Positions 1 through 9,107 of a DNA stretch of 17,155 bases are shown here, piece by piece. The DNA is from Candidatus Eiseniibacteriota bacterium. GTDB lineage: Bacteria; Eisenbacteria; RBG-16-71-46. The DNA lies in NCBI GenBank assembly GCA_031366795.1, contig JANLOX010000098.1, forward strand, positions 1 through 17,155, written 5' to 3'. The notes beneath the pieces were generated by a model. The model searched no databases. It worked only from the letters and a program-made list of their open reading frames with translations, and was not told the origin of the DNA. Positions within the stretch are counted from its first letter, which is position 1, and the number at the start of each line of letters is the position of its first letter. The position numbers and the translations under genes are program-made.

Positions 1-311
1 GAGGTGATGGAATACGATGCGCGATCGAGGCACCACTCGAGTCCAGTGCGCAGCCCGGCGCCGAGACCGCGATTCGTGCCATCGCGCAACACGGTCAAGC
101 TCAGCCGCCCGCCACTGTCGGTGACGGCGCGCTCGGCCTCCGCGATCGTGGCGTCGGTGCTGCCGTCGTCCACCAAGACCGCGTGGTAGGCCTCGCCCGA
201 GGCGTGCATCGCATACACCAGGGCGAGCAGCGTCGGATGAATGAGCTCAGCTTCATTCCATGCGGGGAGGATCACGTAGATCACCGGGCGGGTTCCGTGA
301 AGCGTGCTCAC
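1..311 (-). CDS. GT2-family (DPM1-like) glycosyltransferase, N-terminal part; runs off the left edge
   Basis: Manual minus-strand translation from GTG 311 (alternative GTG 284): ...VIYVILPAWNEAELIHPTLLALVYAMHASGEAYHAVLVDDGSTDAT...NRGLGAGLRTGLEW. This shows the GT2 motifs PAxNE, VDDGSTD and NxGxGxA/G. No stop before the edge, so the ORF track missed it. Confidence 0.9.
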   Translation of the reverse strand, partial: MSTLHGTRPVIYVILPAWNEAELIHPTLLALVYAMHASGEAYHAVLVDDGSTDATIAEAERAVTDSGGRLSLTVLRDGTNRGLGAGLRTGLEWCLDRASYSIT

Positions 312-319
312 ATCACAGG

Positions 320-327
320 TTATCGGC
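320..327 (-). promoter_or_regulatory. GCCGATAA box (sigma28/FliA/WhiG-type -10 candidate) upstream of the GT2 gene
   Basis: Plus strand TTATCGGC at 320-327 reads GCCGATAA on minus, 8 nt before GTG 311. The -35 match is poor. The overlapping TAACCT could instead be a sigma70 -10. Confidence 0.45.
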
Positions 328-367
328 CGATTGGGTGGATTTCCGCAGCCGCGTTCGGGGCGCATGA

Positions 368-395
368 TCAAGTGCTTCGGTGGGGCTGCCGATAA
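368..395 (+). promoter_or_regulatory. Candidate sigma28-type promoter TCAAG-N15-GCCGATAA upstream of the deacetylase
   Basis: TCAAG at 368-372 and GCCGATAA at 388-395; resembles the FliA consensus TAAA-N15-GCCGATAA with a slightly longer spacer. Confidence 0.5.
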
Positions 396-483
396 TCCCT
401 TCCGTTGCACCATCGCTGCGGGAAACCCCGAAGCCACCGCGTCGGACACACCGTATTGCACCTAAGCCCGCAAGAGATCCCGC

Positions 484-1371
484 ATGAGCCGCCCGATCGC
501 CACCATCGGCATCGATATCGACCCCATCGACCTGCATCTGGCGGGTTACGGGTACCGTTCGTTGCCGCCGGATCCGTTGGTCTACGACTTCGCCGTGCCA
601 CGGTTGCTCGAGTTGTGCGAGCGCTGCGGCATCAGTGCCACGCTGTTCGTGGTGGCGCGCGATGCGACGGCGCACAGTGATGTGCTCGCCGCCGCAGTGG
701 ATGCGGGGCACGAAATCGCCAGCCACTCGCTGACGCACCCGATCGGGCTCGCCAGCATGTCGGCCGAAGCGTTGCGCCGCGAGTTCGCCGAGTCCCGCTG
801 GTTGCTCGAGCAGACGAGTGGGGCGCCGGTGGTGGGATTCCGCTCGCCGCAGTTCGACATGAGCACGCGCGCACTCGAAGTGCTGGCCGAGGCGGGCTAC
901 GCCTACGACGCCTCCGCGTGTCCCACTCCGATGCTGATCTCGACGCGCATCGCGATGCTGTTCAAGAACCCCGACGCCTCGGGTGCGACGCGGCTCAAGA
1001 TCCTCCCGTTCACATGGCGGCGCGGACCGCACCTGCGCCACCTCGGCTCGCGCACGGTGCACGAGTTCCCGCTGTCGGTGACGCCGATCGACCGCTACCC
1101 GTTGCATCACTCGCTGCGCTATCGCATGACGGATGGACGCTTCGACCGGCTGCTGCGCGGCTTCGCGTGGCGCCGGGAGTCGCTGTCCTACCTGGTGCAC
1201 GCCGCCGACCTGCTCGGCATGGCCGAGGACAAGGTCGACCCGCGCATGTCCGGCTACAGCGGCATGAAGAGGCCGCTGGCGTGGAAGCTGGCGTTGCTCG
1301 AGCGCACCTTCCGCGCCATCTCCGCGCGCTTCGACACGCGTCCCTTCCGCGACCGGTTAATCGCCGCGTAA
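484..1371 (+). CDS. Polysaccharide deacetylase, CE4/NodB superfamily (PuuE/HpPgdA-like)
   Basis: 295 aa; IGIDID acidic motif, ATLFVV, GHEIASHSLTH (metal-binding His pair), GFRSP, YDAS and YLVHAADL; divergent from a glycosyltransferase. Confidence 0.88.
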   Translation: MSRPIATIGIDIDPIDLHLAGYGYRSLPPDPLVYDFAVPRLLELCERCGISATLFVVARDATAHSDVLAAAVDAGHEIASHSLTHPIGLASMSAEALRREFAESRWLLEQTSGAPVVGFRSPQFDMSTRALEVLAEAGYAYDASACPTPMLISTRIAMLFKNPDASGATRLKILPFTWRRGPHLRHLGSRTVHEFPLSVTPIDRYPLHHSLRYRMTDGRFDRLLRGFAWRRESLSYLVHAADLLGMAEDKVDPRMSGYSGMKRPLAWKLALLERTFRAISARFDTRPFRDRLIAA

Positions 1372-1379
1372 TTCCGGCA

Positions 1380-1404
1380 ATTCCGCCCTCACGAGGCGCG
1401 GAAT
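1380..1404 (+). terminator. Stem-loop after the deacetylase (possible terminator or processing hairpin)
   Basis: ATTCCGC 1380-1386 pairs with GCGGAAT 1398-1404, with inner CCT/AGG; lies 8 nt after the stop; no U-tract. Confidence 0.3.
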
Positions 1405-1521
1405 ACCCGCGCGCGCGCCGTTCCACCAACGCTCAGGGCCCCCTGCGGGAATAACCATCCCGGTTTGGCGTATGTTGTCCTGGTCATCAACTCATTACCC
1501 TTAAAGGCCGGGAGGCATCCA

Positions 1522-2877
1522 TTGGTTCGCCGATCCATCGTTACCGCTGTCGCCGCTGCTGCGGCACTCTCGGGGCCCGCGGCGTACGCCGCCGAGCAGC
1601 GCCCCGTCGTCACCGTCTACACGCAGGACTTAGGGTTCGTCCACGAGTGGCGCACGCTGTCGCTGTCGGCCGCCGCCGACACCGTGCGTATCGCCGACAT
1701 CCCGGCGCGCATCGATGTTGCCTCGGTGCGGCTGCAGCCCGCCGTGGGCCGCGTGGGCAGGCTGGCCTACCGCTACGATGTCGAGAGCGGCGACGGACTG
1801 TTCGACCGCGCGCGTGGCAGCAAGGTGCGCGTGACGATGCGCGGCGACAAGATCGTCGAGGGCACGCTGCTGTCGAGCGACGGCATGTGGGTGATGGCGC
1901 GCGAGGCCGATGGGGGAGTCCGCACGTTATCGCGCGCCGCGATCGATGACGTGCGCTTCCCCGAGCCGCCGAAACGTTTGTTCACGCGCCCGATGCTCGA
2001 GGCGGTGATCGAGAACGGCCGCAAGGGGGATGTCCCGGCCGAACTGTCCTACTTGACCGGCGGACTGTCGTGGAGTGCCGAGCACTCGCTGGTGCGCACG
2101 GGCGAGAACACCGGCACCTGGGCGACCTCGGTGACCGTCGATAATTCAACGGGGCGCGACTATACCGGTGTGACGCTCAAACTGATCGCAGGCAACCCGT
2201 CGCGGACGCAGGCCACGCCGGCGCCGATGATGATGCGCGCGACGGCGATGGTGGCGGATGGCGCCATGGAGAAAGCTGCCTCGCTCAATGAAGAGGCGTT
2301 CGCCGACTACCACCTCTATACGCTCGACCAGCCGGCCACGCTGCGCGATCGCGAGACGCAGTCGCTGTCGATGCTCGAGACGCGCCCGGTGCAGCTGACC
2401 CCGCGCTACTTCTATCGCGGCTGGGAGGGCCGTGGGGTGCGCACGCAGCTCGAGCTGGTGAACGAGAAGGAGAAGGGGCTGGGTGTGCCGTTGCCCGGCG
2501 GCCGCGTGCGCGTGTTCGCTCCCGATGCGGGCAACGACCTGCAGTTCGCGGGGGAGACCACGATGGGGCACACCGCGGCGGGTGAGAAGTTCACGCTCGA
2601 CGTCGGCCAGGCGTTCGATCTCGTCGGCGAGCGGCACGAGACCGCGAACAAGCGCATCTCGGACCGCGAGCGCGAAGTGTCGGTCGAGATCAAGCTGCGC
2701 AACCGCAAGAAGGTCGCGACCACCATCGTGGTGGAAGAGATGACGTCCGGCGACACCGACATCATCGCCAAGTCCCGCGATTTCGTGCGCAAGGACGCCA
2801 ACACGGTCCAGTTCACCGTGCCGGTGCCGGCGGGGCAGGAAGCGATCCTCACCTACACCGTGCGCAACCGCTACTAA
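1522..2877 (+). CDS. Exported DUF4139-domain protein
   Basis: Start moved to TTG 1522 (in frame with the ORF at 1465; GGAGG at 1511-1515). Signal peptide MVRRSIVTAVAAAAALSGPAAYA. Family-like motifs VTVYTQDLGFVHE, LSYLTGGLSWSAEH, DYHLYTL and GLGVPLPGGRVRVF. Confidence 0.8.
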   Translation: MVRRSIVTAVAAAAALSGPAAYAAEQRPVVTVYTQDLGFVHEWRTLSLSAAADTVRIADIPARIDVASVRLQPAVGRVGRLAYRYDVESGDGLFDRARGSKVRVTMRGDKIVEGTLLSSDGMWVMAREADGGVRTLSRAAIDDVRFPEPPKRLFTRPMLEAVIENGRKGDVPAELSYLTGGLSWSAEHSLVRTGENTGTWATSVTVDNSTGRDYTGVTLKLIAGNPSRTQATPAPMMMRATAMVADGAMEKAASLNEEAFADYHLYTLDQPATLRDRETQSLSMLETRPVQLTPRYFYRGWEGRGVRTQLELVNEKEKGLGVPLPGGRVRVFAPDAGNDLQFAGETTMGHTAAGEKFTLDVGQAFDLVGERHETANKRISDREREVSVEIKLRNRKKVATTIVVEEMTSGDTDIIAKSRDFVRKDANTVQFTVPVPAGQEAILTYTVRNRY

Positions 2878-4119
2878 ATGACACAGCAGGCCAGCCCGCA
2901 GGAATCGTTCGTGCTGGCGTTGGGGAGGGCTCTCCATACTTATGGGACGCCCTCCCACAGGCTCGAGGACACGCTCAACCGGGTGAGCGCTCACCTGGGA
3001 CTCGAGGGTCAGTTCTTCACGCAGCCGACCTCGATTTTCGCGGCATTCGGTCCGCTCGATCGCCAGCGTACCTATTTGATCCGCGTCGAGCCGGGCGAAG
3101 TGCATCTCGACCGGCTCGCGCAGGTGCAGGACGTGGTGGCCGGCGTGCTGTCCGGATCGCTGGCGCCGGAAGCCGCGGCGCAGCGCATTGAAGCAATCGC
3201 CTCGAGCCCTCCGCCGTACGCGCCCGGTCTCGTTCCCTTCGCGTTCGCGATCTCGGGTGCCGCCTCGTCGCGGTTCTTGGGCGGCGGCGCGCGTGAAGTC
3301 GTGGCGGCGGCGATCGCCGGGTTCGTGATCGGTGGACTCGCTCTGCTCGCGGGGCGCAAGGAGGCGCTGCGGCGGGTGTTCGAGCCGTTCTCAGCGCTGG
3401 TCGCCACGATGATCGCCGGACTGTTGCTGCTGGTGTTCGGGCCCTACTCGATCTTCATTGCTTCGCTCGGCGGCATGATCGTGCTGCTGCCGGGACTCAC
3501 GCTCACCACGGCGATGACCGAAATCTCCTCGCGCCATCTCGCCGCCGGCACCGCGCGCCTGAGCGGCGCGGTGATGGTGTTCCTGTCGATCGGCTTTGGC
3601 GTGGCCTTGGGCGGCACCATCGACCAGCGGTTGTTCGGCCTGCCGAGCGCGGGTGCGGTCGTGGCGTTGCCGCGCTGGACGGAATTCGTGGCGCTCGCCG
3701 TGGCGCCACTGTCGTTGATGGTGCTATTGCGCGCGCCGCGCCGCGATACGCGGTGGGTGATGGCGACCAGCGTGCTGGCCTTCTTTGGCGGGCGCGTGGG
3801 TGCCGCGACACTCGGGCCGGAGCTCGGGTTGTTCCTCGGTTCGCTCACCGCGGGAATCGCAAGCAACGCTTACGCGCGCACGCTGGGCCGCCCCGCTGCG
3901 ATCACGCTGGTGCCCGCGTTGCTCCTGCTCGTGCCGGGAAGTGTGGGCTTCCGCGGCCTCGCACTTGTGTTGCAGCGTGATGTGGTGATCGGCGTCGAAC
4001 AGGCCTTCCGCATGGTGCTGATGCTGTCGGCCCTGGTGGCGGGATTGCTGGTGGCGAACGTGCTGTTGCCCGAGACGCGTGGCGGGCAGCAAGGCGCCCG
4101 AGTCCCCTCGACCCGATAG
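2878..4119 (+). CDS. ThrE-family threonine/serine exporter (fused two-domain form)
   Basis: LGRALHTYGTPSHRLEDTL N-terminus, LLPGLTLTTAMTEISS and LLLVPGSVGFR motifs, many hydrophobic segments; the ATG directly follows the upstream TAA. Confidence 0.85.
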   Translation: MTQQASPQESFVLALGRALHTYGTPSHRLEDTLNRVSAHLGLEGQFFTQPTSIFAAFGPLDRQRTYLIRVEPGEVHLDRLAQVQDVVAGVLSGSLAPEAAAQRIEAIASSPPPYAPGLVPFAFAISGAASSRFLGGGAREVVAAAIAGFVIGGLALLAGRKEALRRVFEPFSALVATMIAGLLLLVFGPYSIFIASLGGMIVLLPGLTLTTAMTEISSRHLAAGTARLSGAVMVFLSIGFGVALGGTIDQRLFGLPSAGAVVALPRWTEFVALAVAPLSLMVLLRAPRRDTRWVMATSVLAFFGGRVGAATLGPELGLFLGSLTAGIASNAYARTLGRPAAITLVPALLLLVPGSVGFRGLALVLQRDVVIGVEQAFRMVLMLSALVAGLLVANVLLPETRGGQQGARVPSTR

Positions 4120-4143
4120 CCCGAAGTTGCGTACCCTTCGGGT
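4108..4143 (+). promoter_or_regulatory. Probable leaderless sigma70 promoter of uvrB, overlapped by a 7-bp inverted repeat
   Basis: TACCCT 4132-4137 lies 6 nt before ATG 4144 with no SD; TCGACC 4108-4113 is a possible -35; dyad CCCGAAG 4120-4126 / CTTCGGG 4136-4142. Confidence 0.5.
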
Positions 4144-6258
4144 ATGCCCTTCACCATCCATCGGCCCTACGAGCCGCGCGGTGACCAGCCGCAGGCCATC
4201 GCGGAACTGACCGCGGGCTTGAAGCGCGGCGACCGCTACCAGACGCTGCTCGGTGTCACCGGCAGCGGCAAGACGCACACCGCCGCCGCGACCATCGCCG
4301 AGTGGCAGCGGCCGACGCTGGTGATCTCGCACAACAAGACGCTGGCCGCGCAGCTGTACGGCGAGTTCCGCCAGTTCTTCCCCGAGAGCGCCGTCGGCTA
4401 CTTCATCTCGTACTACGACTACTACCAGCCCGAGGCCTACGTCCCCTCGACGAACACCTACATCGCCAAGGACGCCAGCATCAACGACGACATCGACCGC
4501 TTGCGCCTGCAGGCGACGGCGATGCTGCTCGAGCGCGACGACGTGATCATCGTGGCCAGCGTGTCGTGCATCTACGGCCTCGGTGCACCGGAGGACTGGC
4601 GCGGCATGCGCATCGACGCCCAGGCAGGGGAACGCCTGACGCGCCGCGACCTGCTCGAGAAGATGGTGGCGATCCAGTACACGCGCAACGACGTCGAAGT
4701 GGGCCGCGGCCAGTTCCGTGTGCGCGGCGATGTCGTCGAAGTGCGGCCGGCGTACGAGGACTACATCGTACGCATCGAGCTGGACGACGACATCGTGGCG
4801 CGGTTGTCGGCGCTCGATGCGGTGACGGGTCAGGTGCTGCGGCGCATGGACCGGCTGGCGCTTTACCCGGCGAAGCACTTCGTCACGCCCGAGGGGCGCA
4901 TCCACACCGCGATGGCGGGGATTCGCGAGGAACTCGAGCAGCAGGTGGCCATGTTCAAGTCGCAGGGGAAATTGCTCGAAGCCCAGCGGCTGCGCCAGCG
5001 CACGGAATACGACCTGGAGATGCTCGGAACCATCGGCTCGTGCCCGGGCGTCGAGAACTATTCGCGGCACCTGTCGGGTCGCGCCGCGGGGGACCGCCCG
5101 GGTTGCCTGATCGATTACTTCCCCAAGGACTTCCTGCTGGTGATCGACGAGTCGCATGTCACCGTGCCTCAAATCGGCGGCATGTACGAAGGCGATCGCG
5201 TGCGCAAGCAGACGTTGATCGACTTCGGCTTCCGCCTGCCCTCGGCGCTCGACAACCGGCCGCTGCGCTTCAATGAGTTCGAGGCGCTGACGGGGCAGAC
5301 GATTTACGTGTCGGCGACGCCCTCGAACTTCGAGCTCGAGCGCTGCAAGGGCGTGATCGTCGAGCAGATCATCCGCCCCACGGGACTCGTGGACCCGCAG
5401 CTCGTGATCAAACCGATCGAAGGGCAAGTCGACGACCTGCTCGAGGAGATCCGCGTGACGGTTGCGCGCGAGGAGCGCGTGCTCGTCACGACGCTGACCA
5501 AGCGCATGTCGGAAGACCTCACCGACTACCTCGCCGAGGCCGGCGTGCGCGTGCGCTACCTGCACAGCGACATCGATGCGCTCGAGCGCGTCGAGATCCT
5601 GCGGGGCTTGAGGCTCGGCGACTTCGATGTGCTGATCGGCATCAACCTGCTGCGCGAAGGACTCGACCTGCCGGAAGTCTCGCTGGTGGCGATCCTCGAT
5701 GCCGACAAGGAAGGCTTCCTGCGTTCCGAGCGCTCGCTGATCCAGACGATGGGTCGCGCGGCGCGCAACGTGAACGGCCGCGTGGTGATGTACGCCGACC
5801 GGGTCACCGACTCGATGCGCCGCGCCATGGACGAGACCAACCGCCGCCGCGTAATCCAGCTCGAGTACAACCGCGAGCACGGCATCAGCCCGAAGACGGT
5901 GCTCAAGAGCCGCGAAGACATCATGCGCTCGACTTCGGTGGCCGACGCCATCGGCGCGACCGAGGAGCAGAAGGCGGGCATGTTCCTGCGCGCCCTCGGG
6001 GACATTGGCCCCGAAGCGCTGATCGCGCAACTCGAGAGCGACATGCTCGACGCCGCCAAGGCGCTGGAGTTCGAACGCGCCGCCTCGTTGCGCGACCGCA
6101 TCGATGAGGTGCGCGCCACCATGGAGGTCGCCGATCGCATGGGCGTGAAGGGCGGCGAGTTGGGCGCCGCGGGGAGCGCCATCCGTGACGCGGCGCCGCG
6201 CCGGCGCTTAGCACCCGAGCCGCGGCGCCGGGCGCACCGCAACAAGGACAACGTGTGA
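4144..6258 (+). CDS. uvrB: Excinuclease ABC subunit B
   Basis: GDQPQAI, Walker [20 protein letters not shown], beta-hairpin [50 protein letters not shown] and a C-terminal UVR domain ([13 protein letters not shown]). Confidence 0.99.
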   Translation: MPFTIHRPYEPRGDQPQAIAELTAGLKRGDRYQTLLGVTGSGKTHTAAATIAEWQRPTLVISHNKTLAAQLYGEFRQFFPESAVGYFISYYDYYQPEAYVPSTNTYIAKDASINDDIDRLRLQATAMLLERDDVIIVASVSCIYGLGAPEDWRGMRIDAQAGERLTRRDLLEKMVAIQYTRNDVEVGRGQFRVRGDVVEVRPAYEDYIVRIELDDDIVARLSALDAVTGQVLRRMDRLALYPAKHFVTPEGRIHTAMAGIREELEQQVAMFKSQGKLLEAQRLRQRTEYDLEMLGTIGSCPGVENYSRHLSGRAAGDRPGCLIDYFPKDFLLVIDESHVTVPQIGGMYEGDRVRKQTLIDFGFRLPSALDNRPLRFNEFEALTGQTIYVSATPSNFELERCKGVIVEQIIRPTGLVDPQLVIKPIEGQVDDLLEEIRVTVAREERVLVTTLTKRMSEDLTDYLAEAGVRVRYLHSDIDALERVEILRGLRLGDFDVLIGINLLREGLDLPEVSLVAILDADKEGFLRSERSLIQTMGRAARNVNGRVVMYADRVTDSMRRAMDETNRRRVIQLEYNREHGISPKTVLKSREDIMRSTSVADAIGATEEQKAGMFLRALGDIGPEALIAQLESDMLDAAKALEFERAASLRDRIDEVRATMEVADRMGVKGGELGAAGSAIRDAAPRRRLAPEPRRRAHRNKDNV

Positions 6259-6653
6259 GCGCCCTCTTCACGCGCCTGCTCGCCGTGGTGCGGCGCATCC
6301 CGCGCGGCCGCGTGGCGTCCTACGGACAGGTGGCCACGGTCGCCGGACTGCGCCACTACGCGCGCCACGTGGGCTACGCGCTGCATGGCCTGCCGGAGGG
6401 AACGCCGCTGCAGTGGCATCGCGTGGTTAACGCCCGTGGTGCGATCTCCTTGCGTGGATTCGATGGCGCGGGGGAGACGCAGTTACTGCGGTTAGCGGCA
6501 GAAGGCGTCGAATTCGACGCTCGCGGCCGTGTCGACCTGGAGCGGTTTGGCTGGCGCCCGCGCGGCTCTGGCGGTCGTGCGGCGGCGCGCAAGATGAGCC
6601 GCGCAAAGGCCCGCCGGCGCGGTCGGCTCGATTCCGCATCGCGGCTCGGGTAG
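6255..6653 (+). CDS. atl: Alkyltransferase-like protein (ATL/YbaZ; MGMT fold, non-catalytic)
   Basis: [18 protein letters not shown] and LQWHRVVN, with Trp (codon 6414-6416) in place of the catalytic Cys of PCHRV; L.AEGVEF..GRVDL..F.W C-terminus; GTGA overlap with the uvrB stop. Confidence 0.9.
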   Translation: MSALFTRLLAVVRRIPRGRVASYGQVATVAGLRHYARHVGYALHGLPEGTPLQWHRVVNARGAISLRGFDGAGETQLLRLAAEGVEFDARGRVDLERFGWRPRGSGGRAAARKMSRAKARRRGRLDSASRLG

Positions 6654-6665
6654 CATCGCCGTCTT

Positions 6666-7559
6666 ATGCTCGAAGCCGTAGCCCTCCCGCTGGTCAAGTA
6701 CGCCCTGTCCGAAGATGTCGGTACCGGCGACATCACCTCGCTCAATTGCATTCGCGGGGGTGTCCAGGCGCGCGCCGCGATCGTGGCGCGCCGCGCGGGC
6801 GTGGTCGCCGGGGCGGACGTGGCGAAGTTGGTGTTCCGCGAGGTGGACCCAAACCTCAAGTTCCGCCTGACGATGGGCGATGGCTCGAACATCGAAGCGG
6901 GCCAGGCGATCGCCCAGGTCGTCGGCGATGCCGGCAGCATCTTGAAGGCCGAGCGCACCGCGCTGAATTTCCTGCAGCACCTCTCAGGGATCGCGACGCT
7001 GACGCGGCAGTTCGTCGATGCCATCGAAGGCACGGGCGCCACGATTCTCGACACGCGCAAGACGACGCCGGGTCTGCGCTTCCTCGAGAAGTTCGCGGTC
7101 ACCTGTGGCGGCGGCCAGAATCACCGGCTGGCGCTGTGGGACATGTACCTCGTGAAGGACAACCACATTCGCGCCGCGGGCGGCGTGACGGCCGCCATCG
7201 ATCGCATCACGCGCACGCGGCAGGGCGACCTGCTGCTGGAGGTCGAGGTCGAGTCGCTCGACCAGTTGCACGAGGCGCTGCGGCCCGAAGTCGATCGCAT
7301 TCTCGTCGACAACCGCCCGGTCGAGGACGTGCGCAAGGCCGTCGAGATCGTGGACCGCTGGTGCCGCGACAATCCGCCGGATTCGCCGCGCATGCCGAAG
7401 GGCGCCAAGCGCTGGCCGGAGGTCGAAGTCTCGGGCGGGATGTCGATCGACCGAGTGCGTGCTTATGCCGAGACCGGCGTGAACTACCTGTCGGTCGGAG
7501 CGTTGACGCATTCGGCGCCGGCGCTCGATATCAGCCTCGAGGTCGAAGAAGTTGGCTGA
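6666..7559 (+). CDS. nadC: Nicotinate-nucleotide pyrophosphorylase (quinolinate phosphoribosyltransferase)
   Basis: ALSEDVGTGDITS, AERTALNFLQHLSGIAT, LDTRKTTPGLR, NHRLAL.D..LVKDNH, EVEV, EVSGG and SVGALTHSAPALDISL. Confidence 0.97.
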   Translation: MLEAVALPLVKYALSEDVGTGDITSLNCIRGGVQARAAIVARRAGVVAGADVAKLVFREVDPNLKFRLTMGDGSNIEAGQAIAQVVGDAGSILKAERTALNFLQHLSGIATLTRQFVDAIEGTGATILDTRKTTPGLRFLEKFAVTCGGGQNHRLALWDMYLVKDNHIRAAGGVTAAIDRITRTRQGDLLLEVEVESLDQLHEALRPEVDRILVDNRPVEDVRKAVEIVDRWCRDNPPDSPRMPKGAKRWPEVEVSGGMSIDRVRAYAETGVNYLSVGALTHSAPALDISLEVEEVG

Positions 7560-8358
7560 GTCGACGTTCGATCGCGCGCGCTTCGCGGCGCGGCTTGCGA
7601 CGCGGCGGCTCGGGCAGACGCTGCTCTTACGCGGCGAGACGGCATCGACCAACGACGACGCCTGGGACGCCGGCGCATCCGGCGCGCGCGACGGCACGCT
7701 GGTGATCGCCGACCACCAGACGCAGGGCCGCGGCCGCTCGGGTCGCGCGTGGGTCGACGCGCCCGGCGCGGGGCTGGCGATGTCACTGCTGCTGCACCCG
7801 GGTTGTGACGCCGCGGCGTTCGCGACCACTCCGCTGGTGGCGGGGCTGGCGCTGTCGCGCGCGCTCGATGGTTTGGGCGTCGATGCCGAATTGAAATGGC
7901 CCAACGACTTGTTGCTCGGTGGCCGTAAGCTCGCCGGCATGCTGTGCGAGAGTCGCCGCCGGCCTAATGGCACGCAGGCGTTCGTGCTCGGGGTGGGTGT
8001 CAATGTCTGGCAGCGCGCCGAGGACTTCCCGCCCGAGTTGCGCGAGGAGGCGACCTCGCTGGCGCTCTCGGGGCACGAACTCGATCGCGAGACGGTCGCG
8101 GCCGCGTTCGTGAATGCGCTCGAGCCGCTGTGGGATGAGCACCAGGAAGGCGATGCGCTCGCGGCCCTCAAGGCGTGGCGCGCGAGGGCGCGGTTCTGGG
8201 GCAAGCCCGTCGTGGTGCGCGGGCCGCAGGGCTGGATCCACGGTGACGCCATGTCGTTGGCGGATGACGGAGCGTTGGTCGTGCGCACCGCGGCCGGTGA
8301 AGAAGTGCGCGTCCTCGCGGGTGATGTGCAGCATGTGCCTTCGGGAGGGATGCAATGA
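7552..8358 (+). CDS. birA: Biotin--[acetyl-CoA-carboxylase] ligase lacking the N-terminal HTH (non-repressor type)
   Basis: STND, ADHQTQGRGRSGRAW, LKWPNDL, KLAGML.E, GVGVNV, ATSL and C-terminal DGALVV...AGDV; TTG start overlapping the end of nadC. Confidence 0.95.
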   Translation: MAESTFDRARFAARLATRRLGQTLLLRGETASTNDDAWDAGASGARDGTLVIADHQTQGRGRSGRAWVDAPGAGLAMSLLLHPGCDAAAFATTPLVAGLALSRALDGLGVDAELKWPNDLLLGGRKLAGMLCESRRRPNGTQAFVLGVGVNVWQRAEDFPPELREEATSLALSGHELDRETVAAAFVNALEPLWDEHQEGDALAALKAWRARARFWGKPVVVRGPQGWIHGDAMSLADDGALVVRTAAGEEVRVLAGDVQHVPSGGMQ

Positions 8359-9107
8359 GCGGAGACCCCCGCCAGACCGGCGAGATGCCGTTCCTGGAGC
8401 ACCTCGAGGAGTTGCGCTGGGTGCTGATGCACGTCGTCATCGCCGCCGCGGTGGGGGCCATTCTCGGGTGGTGGCTGGCGCCGCGCGTGCTCGAGGACCT
8501 GATCGCGCGCACGGTGCACACCGCGATCGTGCTGTCGCCGCTCGAGGCCTTCAACGAGCGCATGAAGCTGACCATGCTGATCGGCTTGCTGGTGGCCTCG
8601 CCTTACGTGTTCTTCAAGATCTGGCAGTTCGTGGTGCCGGGCCTGCTCAAGCGCGAACGCAGCATGATCCTGCCCATGGCGATGATGTCGATGGTCATGT
8701 TCGCGCTCGGCGTGTGGGCGGCGTACGGCTACGTGGTGCCGCTGGTCATCAAAGTGATGGACCAGTTCACCACGCCCAACATCAAGATGCAGATCCAGCT
8801 GTCGTCGCTGCTCAGCTTTTTCTACAACATCGCGCTGGCCTGCGGCGCCGTCATGCAACTGCCGCTGGTCACCATGGCGCTCACCGCGATGGGGCTCGTG
8901 ACACCCGGCTACCTGCTGCGGCAGTGGCGCTACGCGCTGGTGATCGTGTTCATCGTCACGGCGGTGATCACGCCCGGCGATGTCGTGACCGCGCAATTGA
9001 TCATGGGCGTGCCGATGACGGCGCTCTACTTCCTGAGTGTGGGACTGTCGTGGTTTGTCGCCAAGCGCCGGTCCGAACTTAAGCCCGAGGAGGCCGCCGA
9101 TGCCTGA
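8355..9107 (+). CDS. tatC: Twin-arginine translocase subunit TatC
   Basis: MPFLEHLEELR, SPLEAF..RMK, W.FVVPGL..RER, QLP and RQWRYA...FIVTAVITPGD; multiple TM segments; ATGA overlap with birA. Confidence 0.96.
   Translation: MSGDPRQTGEMPFLEHLEELRWVLMHVVIAAAVGAILGWWLAPRVLEDLIARTVHTAIVLSPLEAFNERMKLTMLIGLLVASPYVFFKIWQFVVPGLLKRERSMILPMAMMSMVMFALGVWAAYGYVVPLVIKVMDQFTTPNIKMQIQLSSLLSFFYNIALACGAVMQLPLVTMALTAMGLVTPGYLLRQWRYALVIVFIVTAVITPGDVVTAQLIMGVPMTALYFLSVGLSWFVAKRRSELKPEEAADA

Noticed and set aside
1..17. GT2 frame reads YSIT at the edge where an acidic stretch leading to the DxD motif is expected
   Set aside because: Only about five codons at the window edge; a variant, a contig-end artefact and a real disruption cannot be told apart.
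4..395. Short plus-strand ORFs 4-189 and 183-395
   Set aside because: Antisense to the clear GT2 frame and running over its promoter region.
1522..1590. Possible Tat signal (VRRSIV) on the DUF4139 protein, given the nearby tatC
   Set aside because: Very short n-region, hydrophobic residue before RR and no S/T-RRxFLK match; a Sec signal is more likely.
3724..6030. 768-aa minus-strand ORF, plus other long antisense ORFs (313-1200, 2146-3105, 6984-9413, 13374-14654, 15692-16861)
   Set aside because: Antisense shadows of well-supported genes; high-GC codon bias suppresses stops and no protein motifs are recognisable.
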